Part shown: positions 28,801 to 43,500 of the stretch, piece by piece | Position numbering within the stretch: the stretch's first letter is position 1 | Layout: each line of letters begins with the position of its first letter | Assembly (NCBI RefSeq): GCF_006345805.1 | Contig: NC_042999.1 | Coordinates: 123,318,001-123,382,000, forward strand | Reading direction: 5' to 3' | DNA from: Octopus sinensis | Taxonomy: Eukaryota | DNA length: 64,000 nt | Program-made: the position numbers and the translations under genes | Notes under the pieces: generated by a model | Told to the model about the DNA's origin: nothing | What the model saw: only the letters and a program-made list of their open reading frames with translations | The model's database searches: none

Positions 28801-31800
28801 GATGATAGAATCCTGTGGAGGAGGTACCTGAGGACTGTACTACCCCTAACCCTCCCAGGAATAGTAGGTGAAGATGGATAAATGTTCTGGGTTTTAAAAA
28901 AGATTCATTAGTTTTATTCGAACTCTTTCCTCTTTAATCATCAAAATGCTACGTTGTTCGTGATAAAAGGTACTTTTGTTAGAGTTATACACCATTCAGA
29001 TTAAACTCCTGTATTTGGAAGGTGATGAAAAATCCTCTAGATAAAAATGTATTTTATTGTAGAAAACTAAGCATTTGAACTATGACTGTAAAATTAATTG
29101 TAAGGATGCAATAAAATATTTTATGTAATATATATAAACTCATAACCAAAAATATCCAACAGGGTTTACTTTAAATAATTTGATTTATGTCTTCTAACAC
29201 TTATATTCTTAAATCTTATGTTCTGATATGCATTGTTTTCCTCTTTCAGAATGGTTGAATCCAAACCTATTTTTCCTGGTAATGATATTTTGGCTACTAA
29301 CCCAGGACGAAATATTAAATCTGTTTGGATCCGACTTCATACTGAACTTGAAGAAAGGACGTGGGAGCTGTCGAAAACTAGGCACGTCTTTCGTTACTTA
29401 TTATCTCATGCCTTTAGCTATGAAGACACCAGCAATAGAGACTACTACCAAGATATACAATATGAAGAAAAGAGGGAAATTTCTTCTGGTGGCAGTAAAA
29501 CGTTTTTCTCAGTGTTGGTAGCGATTTTTATTATTTTAGATGCATTGTTATTATTTTATCGTTTCAAATGGATGAAATGTATGCTGTCACAAATTAGATG
29601 TGGCTATGTGCAGAAGCTGCCAATGGACACAGTGTCAAGCAAGGTTTATGCAATACAAACAGGTAGATCAGCACCACGCCCATATAATCCCCTGGAGCAT
29701 CCATACAGTTATTATCAAGATAACAAGGAAGATATTTGGTCTGCCAGTGAACTCTACTTTGCTCAAGCACCAACCAAATCTAAAGAAGACATTCTTAGAG
29801 AGATTTGGAATCACCGACGTCGACAAGAACCTAAGTTGAAACGAGAGCGATTGAAAGACTTTTGCTTTGTTCAATATTTTATACAACTATGCAGACTAAT
29901 TCTGCGTATTTTAGGATCAAAGCTATTTTTAAAGCTAATCCTGTTTGCTCTTGTTGTATTTTTCTTGGGGATATTTCTGGCAGCAGCAGACGCAATTCTT
30001 ACTGCAGACAACATCAAGCTGTTCTTAGACAGACACCTGGGTGCATCTCAGCTGAAGGACCACTTACTAATGTCAGACAACACACTGATCAATTATGCGG
30101 ATTATCTAAATAGACACTTAGTTTTTATCAAGAAATTCGTAGACTGGGAGATTGCAGATTTCAATGCAGTTCTGGAAGGAGTCAGACAAAATCAGGTAAG
30201 TTTAGTTTCTGCATTTGTTAAAATATTTATTTTTGTCACTTTATAATTTAAAAATCGTTTAAATATCATTAAAACTTGCAATTTAATTGTTCCTCTATTA
30301 TTACATCCATGTAAATTACTGAAAACACAACCAGGATAGAAAGCTGTTTATTATTAATTGTCATAAATCTAAAGACCTCCTTTAGTCATGCAAAATTAGC
30401 AATAGCAATCTGATCAGTGACCATTTTACAATAAAAGCATTCTACAGCTATAACAGTTTAAACAAATGGTAACGCTTATTGAACCCAGAATATATCAAAG
30501 TATACTACTTGAATGTGAATAGCTTGATTATTACAGGAAATAAATCAAACTTGTCTTTCTTTTTATTCTTACTGCTCAAGAAATAATATTTTGTCCCTAT
30601 TCACACTTTTATACTTATAAATGCTTATTGATATTAGGAATTACAATTATAATCAAATATTATAAAATATATGAAATGATATGACTTTGCTGATATTCAC
30701 TAATTTTCCTCATTGTGTATTGCTTCCTTTTGAATATCTTTGCCTTCACTATAAATTTCTGTCCCAACAACTTGCCATATTTTTGTGCGCATTTAAATTG
30801 CATTTTAGTTCATCTGTTCTATTATATAAAATTGCTCTCCGTTGATTTTGATCACAAATAGTACTCTAGTTGTTCAATCAAGTAAAATGCCTACTCAAAA
30901 GTTAGCATATAATCTGCTGAGTACTCCACAGACATGTGCTTTTAACAAAATTCTCTGATAATCAACATGATAATGTAAGAAGGATGATCATTTGAATTAG
31001 AGGTGTAGTTAATGTGATGGTCTTTCACGTAATTTCATTACCCAGTTTTCACTCACAAGACTTTGGTCATCCCAAGGCTATAGTGAAAGACATTTGGCCA
31101 AGATGATACACAGTGGAAGTGAACCTAAGCTCTCATGATTATAACGTGACTTTCTTAACTTCTCAGCCAGCCTTCATAGACCCGTCTGCTATTTATACTG
31201 CAGTTTCAAAAAAATCACAATACAAATCTAACAAAAATGGCATGAGTAGAGACTCCTCTTTTATTTGTACAGGTCAAAATTCTTTGGCTCATACATTTGA
31301 AACTAAATGTCTAGTGTTTCTTTAAAATATTTGTAGCCATCTTTATTTATATTTTGTGATAAAAGTAAGAAACTGTTGAGCATTGAATTATAATATTTTA
31401 CAGGAATTTTTTGTTTTAAAATCAGATAGGTCATCAAAATGCAAGAAGTATTGAGAATGTATTTAATTAGTATACTTTTCTTGATAATAAATTAGGAATA
31501 CAGAAAACATTATTGTTTTCTAATTTGGATCTTAGAAATAATCTATTCAGTTCCAAGTTAGGTTTAAAAAAATGATAGACTCTTCCATCAAAGATGACAT
31601 ATGAGTATTCAACTTTTACCATATGACCTGCACAAATGATTTTTTTTGTTTTTGATAGTGATCAAATGCATGTGCTGTACATTAGCTCATTCCTGCCATC
31701 AACTTAATGTTACCTCAACAGGAGCATTGTGTACTATGTGTCAGGTGTTGAAGTGATCACAGAGCAACATGAGATGAATTGTTTTGCTCAAGATCACAAC

Positions 31801-34800
31801 ATACTACCCAGTCCAGGGGTTGAAACCATGATCTCACAATCACGAGTGCAAGAACCCAAAAGTCTCTAAAGCAAGGGTTCTCAACCATTTTTAATCTATG
31901 GTTCCCTTTGATTGCTATTTTATTCTGGTTTAAAAACTAGTTTTATGGAATGCTATTTATTAACGTTTTCACACATTAATCTGTGAAGGTTGAACTATGT
32001 AAAATGTTAGAGAATGAAATTTATCTGCTTCTTGTAATACATACCGACATGTACATCTAAAACAAAAATTTTTGCAGGGGCCCTTGAAATACTATTGTGG
32101 ATCCCCATTTATTTACAAAAATCTTATATGGACCCTCAGGGGCCATATGGACCTTGGTTGAGAATCACTGGAAAGATTACAATAGTTGGAAAGATCTCAA
32201 AACAAAACCAACTGAAGATAATAATCATCAAAGCAGTCACTACACAGACCATGCTCATGTTGAGATACTCTGCTTCTTTTTCAAAATGGACAAAGGGTTA
32301 CAGAAGTAAGGTAGAAGAACTAAGAATTTGCCCACAAGGCATAGCACACACAACCCTAAAAGTAATATCACCAGGCTCTATTTACTAAAAGATGAGGCAG
32401 AGGTGTGTTGAATGTAGAAAACATGATCACACCTATAATGGGTACAAAAAGCTAAGTTGTGCATAGTGAGGGAAGTCTATCATCTATAACTTGAAACATG
32501 AAAAGTTACTGAAACAGTGAAAGAATAGTCACAAGAACAGCAGAGCAAATAGCTCGAAAAAAGGGAGAACTTTTAAGTCCAGTTCATGCATCAAACCAAA
32601 GCAGCTGAAACTGAAAAGTGCTTGTTACGGCTGAAAGATGGAAATTTGAAATGGGGAACTGAATTACTAATTATAGCTGCTCAAGAACAAGTCATTAGAA
32701 TAAATTTGATAAAGACAAAGATTGATAAAAGTCAGGCAGACAGCAAGAGCATGTGGAAAAGTGGATGAAAGCATTCACATCTTTAAATTGAATGCAGTAA
32801 GTGAGCACAAAAAAGTATAAATGGAGGCATAATTGTGTCAGTAAAAGAGTGCTTTATCAAACCAAATTTGTAAATTTCAAGTGATTGGAAAGCAGTAAGA
32901 GGGTGAGTCAAAGGTAGTCATGGTGAGTAATAATTACAGGATTTTATGGACTTTCTCTATAGAGACTGATCATTCTATTACAGCAAAGAAACCAAATATG
33001 TTTATTGTAGACAGAAAGAATAAACAGATCATTGACTTTGCAGTCATGTATGATAAATAGAGTGAATTGTGAAAGTGAGAAAATCAAGTGATATTAGGAC
33101 TTAGTCTAAAAGATGAAGAGATAGTGGAAAATTTTTGCTGTGAGAATTGGTACTCAGCACAATACTGGAACTGCTATTTGTGGCACTGAAGACTATTAGA
33201 ATTAAAGTATGTACTGTTGTTCTGTAGAAAAATTCATTGACCCCCAAAAGGATGAAAGGTAAAGTCAATGTCAGTGGAATTTGAACTCAAAATGTAAAGA
33301 CAGAAGAAATACCACTAAGAATTTTGTCTGGTGTGGTAAAGATTCTGACAGATTGCCACTTTACTACTACTAATAATAATGGTTTCAAATGTTGGTACAA
33401 TGCCAACAACTTCAGGGGAGAGGATAAGTCAATTACATCAACCCTAGTACTTGACTGTTGCTTATTTTATTTACCCTAAAATGATAAAAGGTAAAGTTGA
33501 CCTCAGTGAAATTGGAACTCAGAACATAAAGACAGGTGAAATGCTGCTAGGCATTTTTTCACCCTGAATGCTAACAATTCTACAGCTTGCTGCATTCTTT
33601 TCAAACTTTGGCACAAGGCCAGCAATTTTGGGGAAGGGCATATATCTTCCACATCAACCCCCTAGTACTCAACTGGTAATTTTATCAACCCCAAAAGGAT
33701 GAAAATTAAAGTCGACCTCGGCGGAATTTGAACTCAGAACATAAAGACAGACAAAATGTTGCTAAGCTTGATTGTTTCAAAAAGTATCCAATAACAATTA
33801 AAACACAAAGAAATTTATAAAAATGTAGAACTTTCTAAATAATACTCTGTAAAGTTTATTGATTACTACAACATATGATTGATGTATTACACATGTTTGG
33901 AGTATCTTGCAATCTGGTACTGTAAACAAACTATGAACACAAAAACCTATCTGTTCCACCAACACCAGCATTACTCATAAAAATGATAAATAATTCAAAT
34001 AAAAAATATTGATGTTCAGATGACCATGTTTGTTGATAGTGAAATCTGTTCTTTCAATCAGATGGAAAAAAAAATATGAAAAACTGCATGCTAAACTCAG
34101 AGACCAAGAATGAATAAACCAACTAGCCAACTAAAATCATAGCAATCTAAAGAAAGGACCAAACGTTGCTTCTCAAGTCTCACAAATGCAACAGAAAATG
34201 CTTAGATTGACATGTATGGATATTTTGCAGTGAAGCAAGGGTAGTTGGTTGGCAGGACTGTTAGAACATTGGCAAAATTTCTTGCAGTATTCATTCTAGC
34301 TCTTTACATTCAAAATACAAATCCTAAGTTCATCCTTCTTGGGCTGATAAAATAGAGTACCAGTCTAGTATTGGGGTTGATGGTGTTGACTAACCTCCCT
34401 CTCCCCAAAATAGGAAGCAGTGTTCCTAAATTTCAGAGACACTCAAAAGATGAAAATATAATATATTCATGTAAAATTTGGAAGGAAACAAACATATTGC
34501 TGGACCTAAACAGAAGAAGAAAAATGCATTCGCAATGAAAAAAAATTTTCAGTAATTGAAATAGAATGTGTGAAAGAAAGAATGCATTATGGAAGCAATA
34601 GTAGCAAACACAAAATGCCTCAATTCATTCTTAACATAAAGCCATGCAGATAGAACATGGGCGAAATGAATTACAAAACACTGCAAATCTAACCCCTAGA
34701 ACACCCGTAGAATATTGATTTCACATTTTTGGCACAAGGCCAGCAATTTCAGAGGAGCATGGGAGTTGATTACATCAACCTCAGTGTACAGTTGGTACTT

Positions 34801-35513
34801 ATTTTATCAATCCCAAAAGGATGAAAAGCAAGGTTGATCCTTGTGGAATTTAAAATCATAACATAGAGACAGACAAAATGCCACTTAACATTTTGCCCAG
34901 TGTGCCAACAATTCTGCCAGCTCACTGCCCTCAGAACACCCACAGAATATTAAACTGAATAACATAAGTAAAAAGAAAGTGGGAAAGATTTATGAATAAG
35001 AAATTCAAAAGATGGAAATCATAACCATGATAAACGAAAGCTGAAAATAATTCAAGCATTACAAACAAAATATAACCTTTCAGTAGGCCAACTACAGCAT
35101 CTACTGAGGATAAAACTCAATGATAGCAATAAAAGATGCAAATGTTGCCAACACAGACTAAAAGCAAATACAAACATCAGTATCACCAATCTGAATGAAT
35201 TACTATATATATGCAGCAGTAGTTTTAAAAGGAATAAGGCACTCCTTCATATTTACTTAAATAGGAATATCAAATCTCATACAAACGACATGGAAGGCAA
35301 ATATACCGAAAGAGGTTGAAAATAAGAGAAAAATGTCTCTCAATTCTTAACCCTTTAGTTTAAATTTCATAGTTATTCTGGTAATGATGTTAAATATCTA
35401 CCAAAAATTAGAATTAGATTTTCTACAAGTCACGTTGCCTCAACTCAGCATGCCCCATCAAAAGAAGTAGTTTCAAACATGACATTTCTCAACAAAATAT
35501 AGACTCATATATA

Positions 35514-35545
<32 letters not shown>

Positions 35546-38500
35546 AATATTAGGGAGTATATCCAAACTTACTTACTTATATTATATTATATTTAACTTT
35601 TTTATACTTTTTGGTAAGTATAAAAAAAATGAATAAAAAATTCATAGTTTAAAAAAAAATTTTAAATTATTAAATTTATAATTTTTAAATATATAAAAAT
35701 ATAATAATTTATAAATATCAATTTTAAATTTTAATAATTTAAATTTTATATTGTGTGTATATATATATATATATTGTATATTATATTATTTATTTTTTTA
35801 TGTTTTGGTTTATGTCTATCACTGTTTGAGTTGCCTAATAGTGGTTTTATCTCTAATTTAATTTATATATATATGTATGTATAACTGCTTTCTGCAGTTA
35901 AGGGTAATGAAATTTTGAGTATATGTACCTGATTTCTGTGGTAAAAGGGTTAATGGAAATGATTTTAAAAAAGTTCACCCTTCCAAAAAAAAGCAAGAAG
36001 AGAAGACAGGTACTAGAGAAATGTAAAAAAAAGAAAACAGTATTTAACTCCAAGAAAACCTGAAACAAGATCTTTGCTAAATCACATAAAATTCCATCAG
36101 TATGAAAATTAACAGCAACTCTTTGAATGAAACAAACTGTTAGACTCTAACTCAAAATGAGTTTATCAAAAACTTGGTTAAATAAAATAGAAATCAATGT
36201 AGCACCAATACAAGAGAAACAGAAGTATTCTGGGAAAGAGAATACAGCATCAAAGATATCACTTGTGACAAAATTTTTCAAAATAATAAACACAGCATTT
36301 AAACAATCTTGGGAAGACATATTAAAAGAAAAAGAGCCCAAGTGCTGAAGATAAAGCAAACAAGTGAAAAACATCAGGTTTTATTTTTCCTTAAATATTT
36401 TAATCAGGAAATCTTAACATGAACACATAAGTTTCTACATACTAGCAGAGCAAGAAGATTCCTGAATGGCTCACTAAAAGGAACACCATCTTAATCTTCA
36501 AGACACAAATCTTCAAAGCAACAAATCCATAATCTAGCTCCCTACAATCTATAAAGCTTTACCTGCAAAAATATCACGAATATATAAACACCTGGATAAA
36601 AAGCAACATGTTTCCAGGTCAGAAGGAATGCTGAAGGCTCATTTAACTGTAAATCTCAATTATGCTTCAAAAAAGCTTTAAACGAAGAGCAAGGAGGAGA
36701 AAAATGGTTTGAACATGGCATAAATTGACTACCAGAAAGTTGTTGAAGTATTCCCCCACTCATACATCCTGGAAGGTAGCACCAGTAATGGGAAGATAAA
36801 TAAAAACTTATGAGTAAATGACAAAAGATTTTGTTCTTTCAGACAAATAAGGCTATTATAGAAATAAAACCCGTCTCTGTTAGAGGAGGAAAACTTCGAG
36901 TGAGCTCACTTTATCCTCTCTTTTCCTACCTGATAATGGTACCTATAAATTGGCATGTTTAGCTGAAATAGATTCAGATACAAATCAGGATCTTTTCTAT
37001 ATAGATAATCTCAAATTGTATGCTGTGAATAATAAAATATTAGAAACATTTCTGCAGACAGTATATGGATTTATCTGAGAAACTGATGTGAGGTTCTGTT
37101 TAGAAAAATGTACCAAGGCAATTTGAAGAGAGAAAAATAAGAGCACTAATATCATTCTAGGTAAAGAAACTGAGATAAGTGAATTATCAGAAACAAAAGG
37201 TATATTGGACTTAATCGACTACACAAACAAATCAAGGAATATATTAGAAAAAAATATCATTGAGACATTAGATTAATACTTTGAAAGAGCTAAATACCAA
37301 AAAATAAAAGATACATAGATAAAAATAAGGTCATAAGCATCAGTTCTAGTAATAAGTTAAATATTTTCAATTGAGGACTGAATGAGAGCTAAATAAAAGA
37401 AAAATAGTGACTGCATTTAGAATACACCACCCAGCATCTAATATAAAGTGGCAATATTTACCACAAATGCAGAAAGGTAGGAGTATCTTGTGACTGGAAA
37501 ACTATTATAACATAGTTATTGCATGACTAGAAAATATTTAGTGGAAATTATGGAAAATTAATGCAAATAGCTATGAAACACAAACAAAAAATTTGTTTTT
37601 TATCTTCAAGGATGCATAATAGATAATTATAAAGAAAAAGAAGAGGGCAATGGAATTGCAGGAAGGTTAAAGGAGAAAGTATTTTTTATATGTGGAAAAT
37701 GCACAGGTGCCATAAAATCTGATGTCACATGGGATATTTATTTTATTTAAATGCCTTGTAGCCTCCCTAGAAGGAGTAAATAGGCAACCTAATTAGCAGT
37801 GCAGGAGTCTGTTCTGAAAGTGTAGTTGCTAGAATAAGAATAGGATGGAGAAACCACTTGATTATGCTTTAATGTACATGCAAGGCCTTGTTTCTTACCC
37901 CACTCCATATTTTTAATCCTTCCCTATCTATGGTCCTATTCAGTTGCTGCACACATTAGAGAGCACAATCAGCACATATTACATCCCATCCCCTTCCTAA
38001 TGGGCTCCCACTTTCCTCATCACCCTTGTCCACACTATTTCAACCAATCATCCCCTTTCTGTGCCTTCTGCCACTGCTCTCTCTCTTCCCTACTGTACTC
38101 CATTCTAAACACCTCTCTTACTTGCTATCATTCTCAATGCCTATATTTTCAGTCATGACCCACCTATCTACTATAGTCCCTATGCATCCCTATATCTTCA
38201 TCTCCACTGCTCTGATACCTTGCACATATTTTTTGTTCTATTTTCCTTGAGTCACTCATATCTTCCACCTTGCCCCTCTCCATACTGCTATTTCCCATCA
38301 TCATCACACTTTTTCATCATTTACTATATTAACCTCTAACCTCTACTTCCACCTGTTTCCTCCCCACCTCACACTTTTATTAAATCATTTGCTCTCTCAG
38401 CCTCTCCCATCATCTGTCTGTATCTTAACCCTTCTTGCTGCTTGAAAGTTTGCTCTAGCACCACTTCCTCTCATCTCCTCTTATTGTAAGACATCTGTGC

Positions 38501-39464
38501 TTGTCCTCTATCAACACCTTGCATAAGGCCACTTGCTTCCATCTTCCTCTCCTAAATACTGACTGTGAATTTCAAGATTTTGTATTGCTGCAAAAGACCA
38601 AATCCTCACCATAACCCCACTATAAACCACCAAAAGCATATAAAGAAGCAGAATAGAGTAACCTCAAGTTTGTGAGGAAGATAAAAACAATTAACCCCAT
38701 TGTCTCTGAAAGCCCACTCTTAACCAAGTATGATATAGTCAGGCCTTTCATATACTGAAATTTATGCAGCATTATGAAGTACAGAAAAGAATTGGGATAA
38801 ACAAGCATGCACCAATTAAGGTATCTGACAGTGAAAAACCAGCCATACCCCTAAAATTCTTCAAGATGTATGCGAGTAAAAGATAAAAGATACCCAAAGT
38901 ACACAGTGCTGTACTTGGTAGAGCTGCAAAAGCACACAATAAAATTTGAGCTACAGAATGATAATGATGATAATAATAATAATAATTGTTTTGAAATTAG
39001 GCACTAGGCCAGCAGATTTGGAGTAAAGGGTTTAGTTAATTACATTGACTCCAGTACTTGACTAGTACATTATTTTATCAACCCTGAAACAATGGAATGC
39101 AAAGTTGAGCTCAGCACGATTTGAATAAAGCGTCAGAATATATTCTGCAAAGCATTTTTTTTAATGAATAATGATTATGTCAATCCACCAATAATTAACC
39201 ATTTCATAGGTTTTTTCTTTTTCTTTTTTTTTTTTTCATGATTAATTTTAGAGTTGAGCATAATAACCACCAGCAATTTTGAGCCACATTGGTATCCAAT
39301 TTTTCTAAATAATCTTTTTCTCAAACTAATTAAATATTTTATAATGAATATGTTTTCCTCTTTTATTATGTAATTATGTAATACTGATGTTGGTTAGCAC
39401 TCAAATTGCAATAGACTATAATCAGTTATATTTTCAAGCAATATCTTTGTGTGAAAATACATGA

Positions 39465-39503
<39 letters not shown>

Positions 39504-39941
39504 CATATATATATATATATGTGTGTGTGTGTGTCAAAACAATTGTTGTGATTAATAAAAATTCCCGTATCTTCCATCTTCCAGGTTTCATTTACCATAT
39601 ATACGTGTGTTTGTGTATATATGTATGTATGTATATGTGCATGTGTGTATACATATATATATATATCAAACTAAAGTTATAGAACAAACAAATGCAAGGT
39701 CATCCAATAACATTTCATAACTCGAACATTTAATCATACAAAATACATTTAGACATCACGGAAGATAGAATATAATTCATCTGTACAAGCATATAATAAA
39801 GTGCGAGAAGAAATGTGTGAATATATGTGAATACAGTTCATCACAGTTAAAAGTTAATACTTTAGTGATTAAGAAAAATATATTTTAAAAAAAAACCCAT
39901 TACAACACCTAGAAGGTAAGACGTAAAAATATAGTATAAAG

Positions 39942-39984
<43 letters not shown>

Positions 39985-40480
39985 TGTAGTTGTGTGAGTG
40001 TCTGTCCCCTTCGATTTAGATTCCTAACTACTCCCACATTTTGCGGTGCAGTTTAACCAAATTCGGGTATCTTATAGTCGTGATTCATATCGAGCCCGTT
40101 TGAGTATTAGCGCGCGTCTACGATGAGTCTACGATTTTAAAAATAATTTAAAATCATTTTTTATTCCATTTTAATGCATATTTTTTCGTGTGTCGATGGC
40201 GGCGGAGTTGGCGTCCATGGTCACACCTGCACCTGTTTGCTTCTCCCCCTTCTTCCCTCCCTCGTGAAGCTGTGGGGAAGGGAGTGTAAGGAAATCAACG
40301 TCGTAAAGCGTTGTCAAGGAGACCAGCGTTCTTTTAGAACAACGACTTCATAGCTTGAAGACACCAAAACAGAAATGGCTAAGAAAGCCCGAATTGGCAT
40401 CTATAAGGGAAGTAACGCTCTAAAAATGCTTATATAGTTATTTCCCTTACAAACCCGAGCAACGCCAGGCGATACTGCTA

Positions 40481-40529
<49 letters not shown>

Positions 40530-43500
40530 TATATAAAAATATATAGAAAAATATATAAATATAGAAAGCATATAAAAATATATAATATATAAGCTAAGAA
40601 AATGGAGAAATACATCTAAATCAAATATCAATTACCAGATAATACTCAATCACATACTTTATTAAACCACCACATAAGTGACTGTAGGGTTAGATATAAA
40701 AGCAGAACAAATCAGTGTACATAAATGAATGTACATAAAAAAAGTGTACATAAAAAAGTAATATTGTATAATAAGTAGAATATATATAAAAGAGAATATA
40801 AATATAAGTATAGATTATATCTTACAGCTGTTTCGGCCATGTAGATAAGTATGTCTCATTTTACCAATATTTGCCCTTTATGGTAGGTCAATATATAGAT
40901 ATAAATGAGACATTTACAAAAATATCATAAGGCCTCTTCGGAGATTATGTAATATAAATCAGTCTACATATATACCCACATGGGTGTGGGTGCATACCCA
41001 TAATACAACATATACATATAAGTGCATATACTCACACTCCTATACATATAAAAATATCTCATTCAATTGAGCATTTCTATAGCAGTCCTATTAAACATTT
41101 TGTTCCTGATAAGAAACAATTACTGAATTATTGATATTTATACATATATATATACATATATGTTTTATACTCACATATCTGTATACACACAGGCATGTAT
41201 ACATACATACATACATATATATACACATACATATATATATATATATATCATCATCATCATTTAACGTCCACTTTCCAAGCTAGCATGGGTTGGACGGTTC
41301 AACTGGGGTCTGTGAAGCCAGAAGGCTGCTTCAGGCCCAGTCTGATCTGGCAGTGTTTCTATGGCTGGATGCCCTTCCTAACGCCAACCACTCCGTGAGT
41401 GTAGTGGGTGCTTTTTACGTGCCTCCCGCACAGGTGCCAGGCAGAGCTGGCAGACGGCCACGGACGGATGGTGCTTTTACGTGCCACCGGCACAGGGGCC
41501 AGAAGCATTGTGCAGAATATATTGTATAAAGAATTGTGTGTAAGGCCAGAACAATGCGAAGTAAATGCAAGGCAAATCACAAGACAACAAATATATGTAT
41601 TATTGTAGACTTACCTTGCATTCAATATTTTGGGGTTATGACCCCATTTCGTCAGATTCTTGAAAATGGGGTCATAACCCTGAAATATTGAATGCAAGGT
41701 AAGTCTACATTAATTCATAGATTTGTTTTCTTGGGATTTGCCTTGCATTTACTTTGCATTGTTTTAGCCTTACCTATGATCCTTTATACAACATATATAA
41801 ATATATATATATATATATTTATATATTTGTATATGTGTGCATGTGTATGTGTATATATGTATAGACAATAATATATATATATGTATGTATACATTTATAT
41901 ATGTATAAATATGTACACCTACATATATATGTGTACACATATTTATCTATATATACACATACAGACATATATATGTACACACACACACACATACAGACAT
42001 ATATAGGTACATACACACACACACACACAGACATATATATGTACACACACACACACACGCATACATATATATATATATATACACACACACATATATATTT
42101 CTCATGAAATCTAGGAACTGGAATCCTAATTTACCTCTATACTTGGAGCTCTTAACTGCAGACGAATTAGACTATGATTAATCTTAAGCATTTTGTTAAT
42201 CTTGACACTGTCTACATTAGATACACCCAGAGAAACACTGTGTAACGTTTGAGTTTTATTTTATTTATTTATATTTTTGTATTATCCGGTACTGTTTTCT
42301 TTTAATTATTGGACATTGTTTGTTTCTTATGTTGTTAACTGAGGCACTAGAAACACAAGTGTATATGTACCATGCAAACCCTGTGTGTGTTGGTGACTTT
42401 CCTTATGAGTTAGGAATTTCATTTCCACATGATAACTTAATCAAATAGCCAAAAGACTAGTGCTCCTGTTGTTATATTTTCTTTGACTTGTTAACCTCTT
42501 ACATCAAAACATAACATAACATAGCATGTGACAGTGCTGACTGAGCAGACCTATGATCAAAATCCGACTTTGACCATCCTGTCTTTTTCTTTCAGGCATA
42601 GTATATATATATATATATATATACATACATATATATAGGACTATGTGGCCTTCCTCTTTAAAGACTGTGAGATAGTACGAGGGAAATTAGATTGCTATTT
42701 TGAGCAAATTGACTATGCAGAGTCTGTCATTAGCTCAAAGTGTTTTTTTTTATGCTGGCCATAAGCTTCAGCTTATTTCTTCTTCTTTTTTAATTTATAT
42801 GTAAGAAGCTTGCATTCAGTCCCACTGCATCATGCTGGGCAAGTATTGTCCACTATAGACCAAAGTTTTGTAAATACATTTGGTTGACAGAAACTAAAAG
42901 AAGCCTTTTGTGTGTGTGTCCTTTCACTGCTTGACAATCAGTGTTGGTTTGTATGTACCCCCTTAACTTAGTGGTTTGGCAAAAAGGAACCAATAAAATA
43001 AGTACGAGGTTTTAAAATAAGTATCGGGGTCAATTTCACTAAACCCTTCTAGGTGACATCGCGGTACAGCCACAGTCCAATAACAGAAACAAGTAAAAGA
43101 TAAATGACCTATGTCTTTAAAAAGCCTTTACTGAAATGTTCATTTGTTTAAAATTTGTTTGAGAAAAGGTGTTTGTGGATTAGAAAAGTAGGGATGCATA
43201 GGGACTATAGTAGATAGGTGGGTCATGATTGGTTTCTACTTTTCTAATCAACAAACATAAGATAAGCAGTCATATTGGTTTCTACTTTTAAATTAAAATT
43301 AATAAAAAAAAATATATTAAAAATGATATATTAAAGTTAAATATAAACTATTTGCTGTAAAGGTCCCTATAGATATGTGCAAGACATTTAGAGAAATAAG
43401 GTATATATTAGCAAATTATGATACCACATAGTTATAAATCAGAAAATTGTTCATATTTTAATAATCTCAATTTCATTTCATTTTATTTTTTATAGAGGCA

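Noticed and set aside
29228-30113. Alternative-frame and antisense ORFs overlapping exon J
   Set aside because: Short shadow ORFs of a real coding exon, with no independent splice or composition support.
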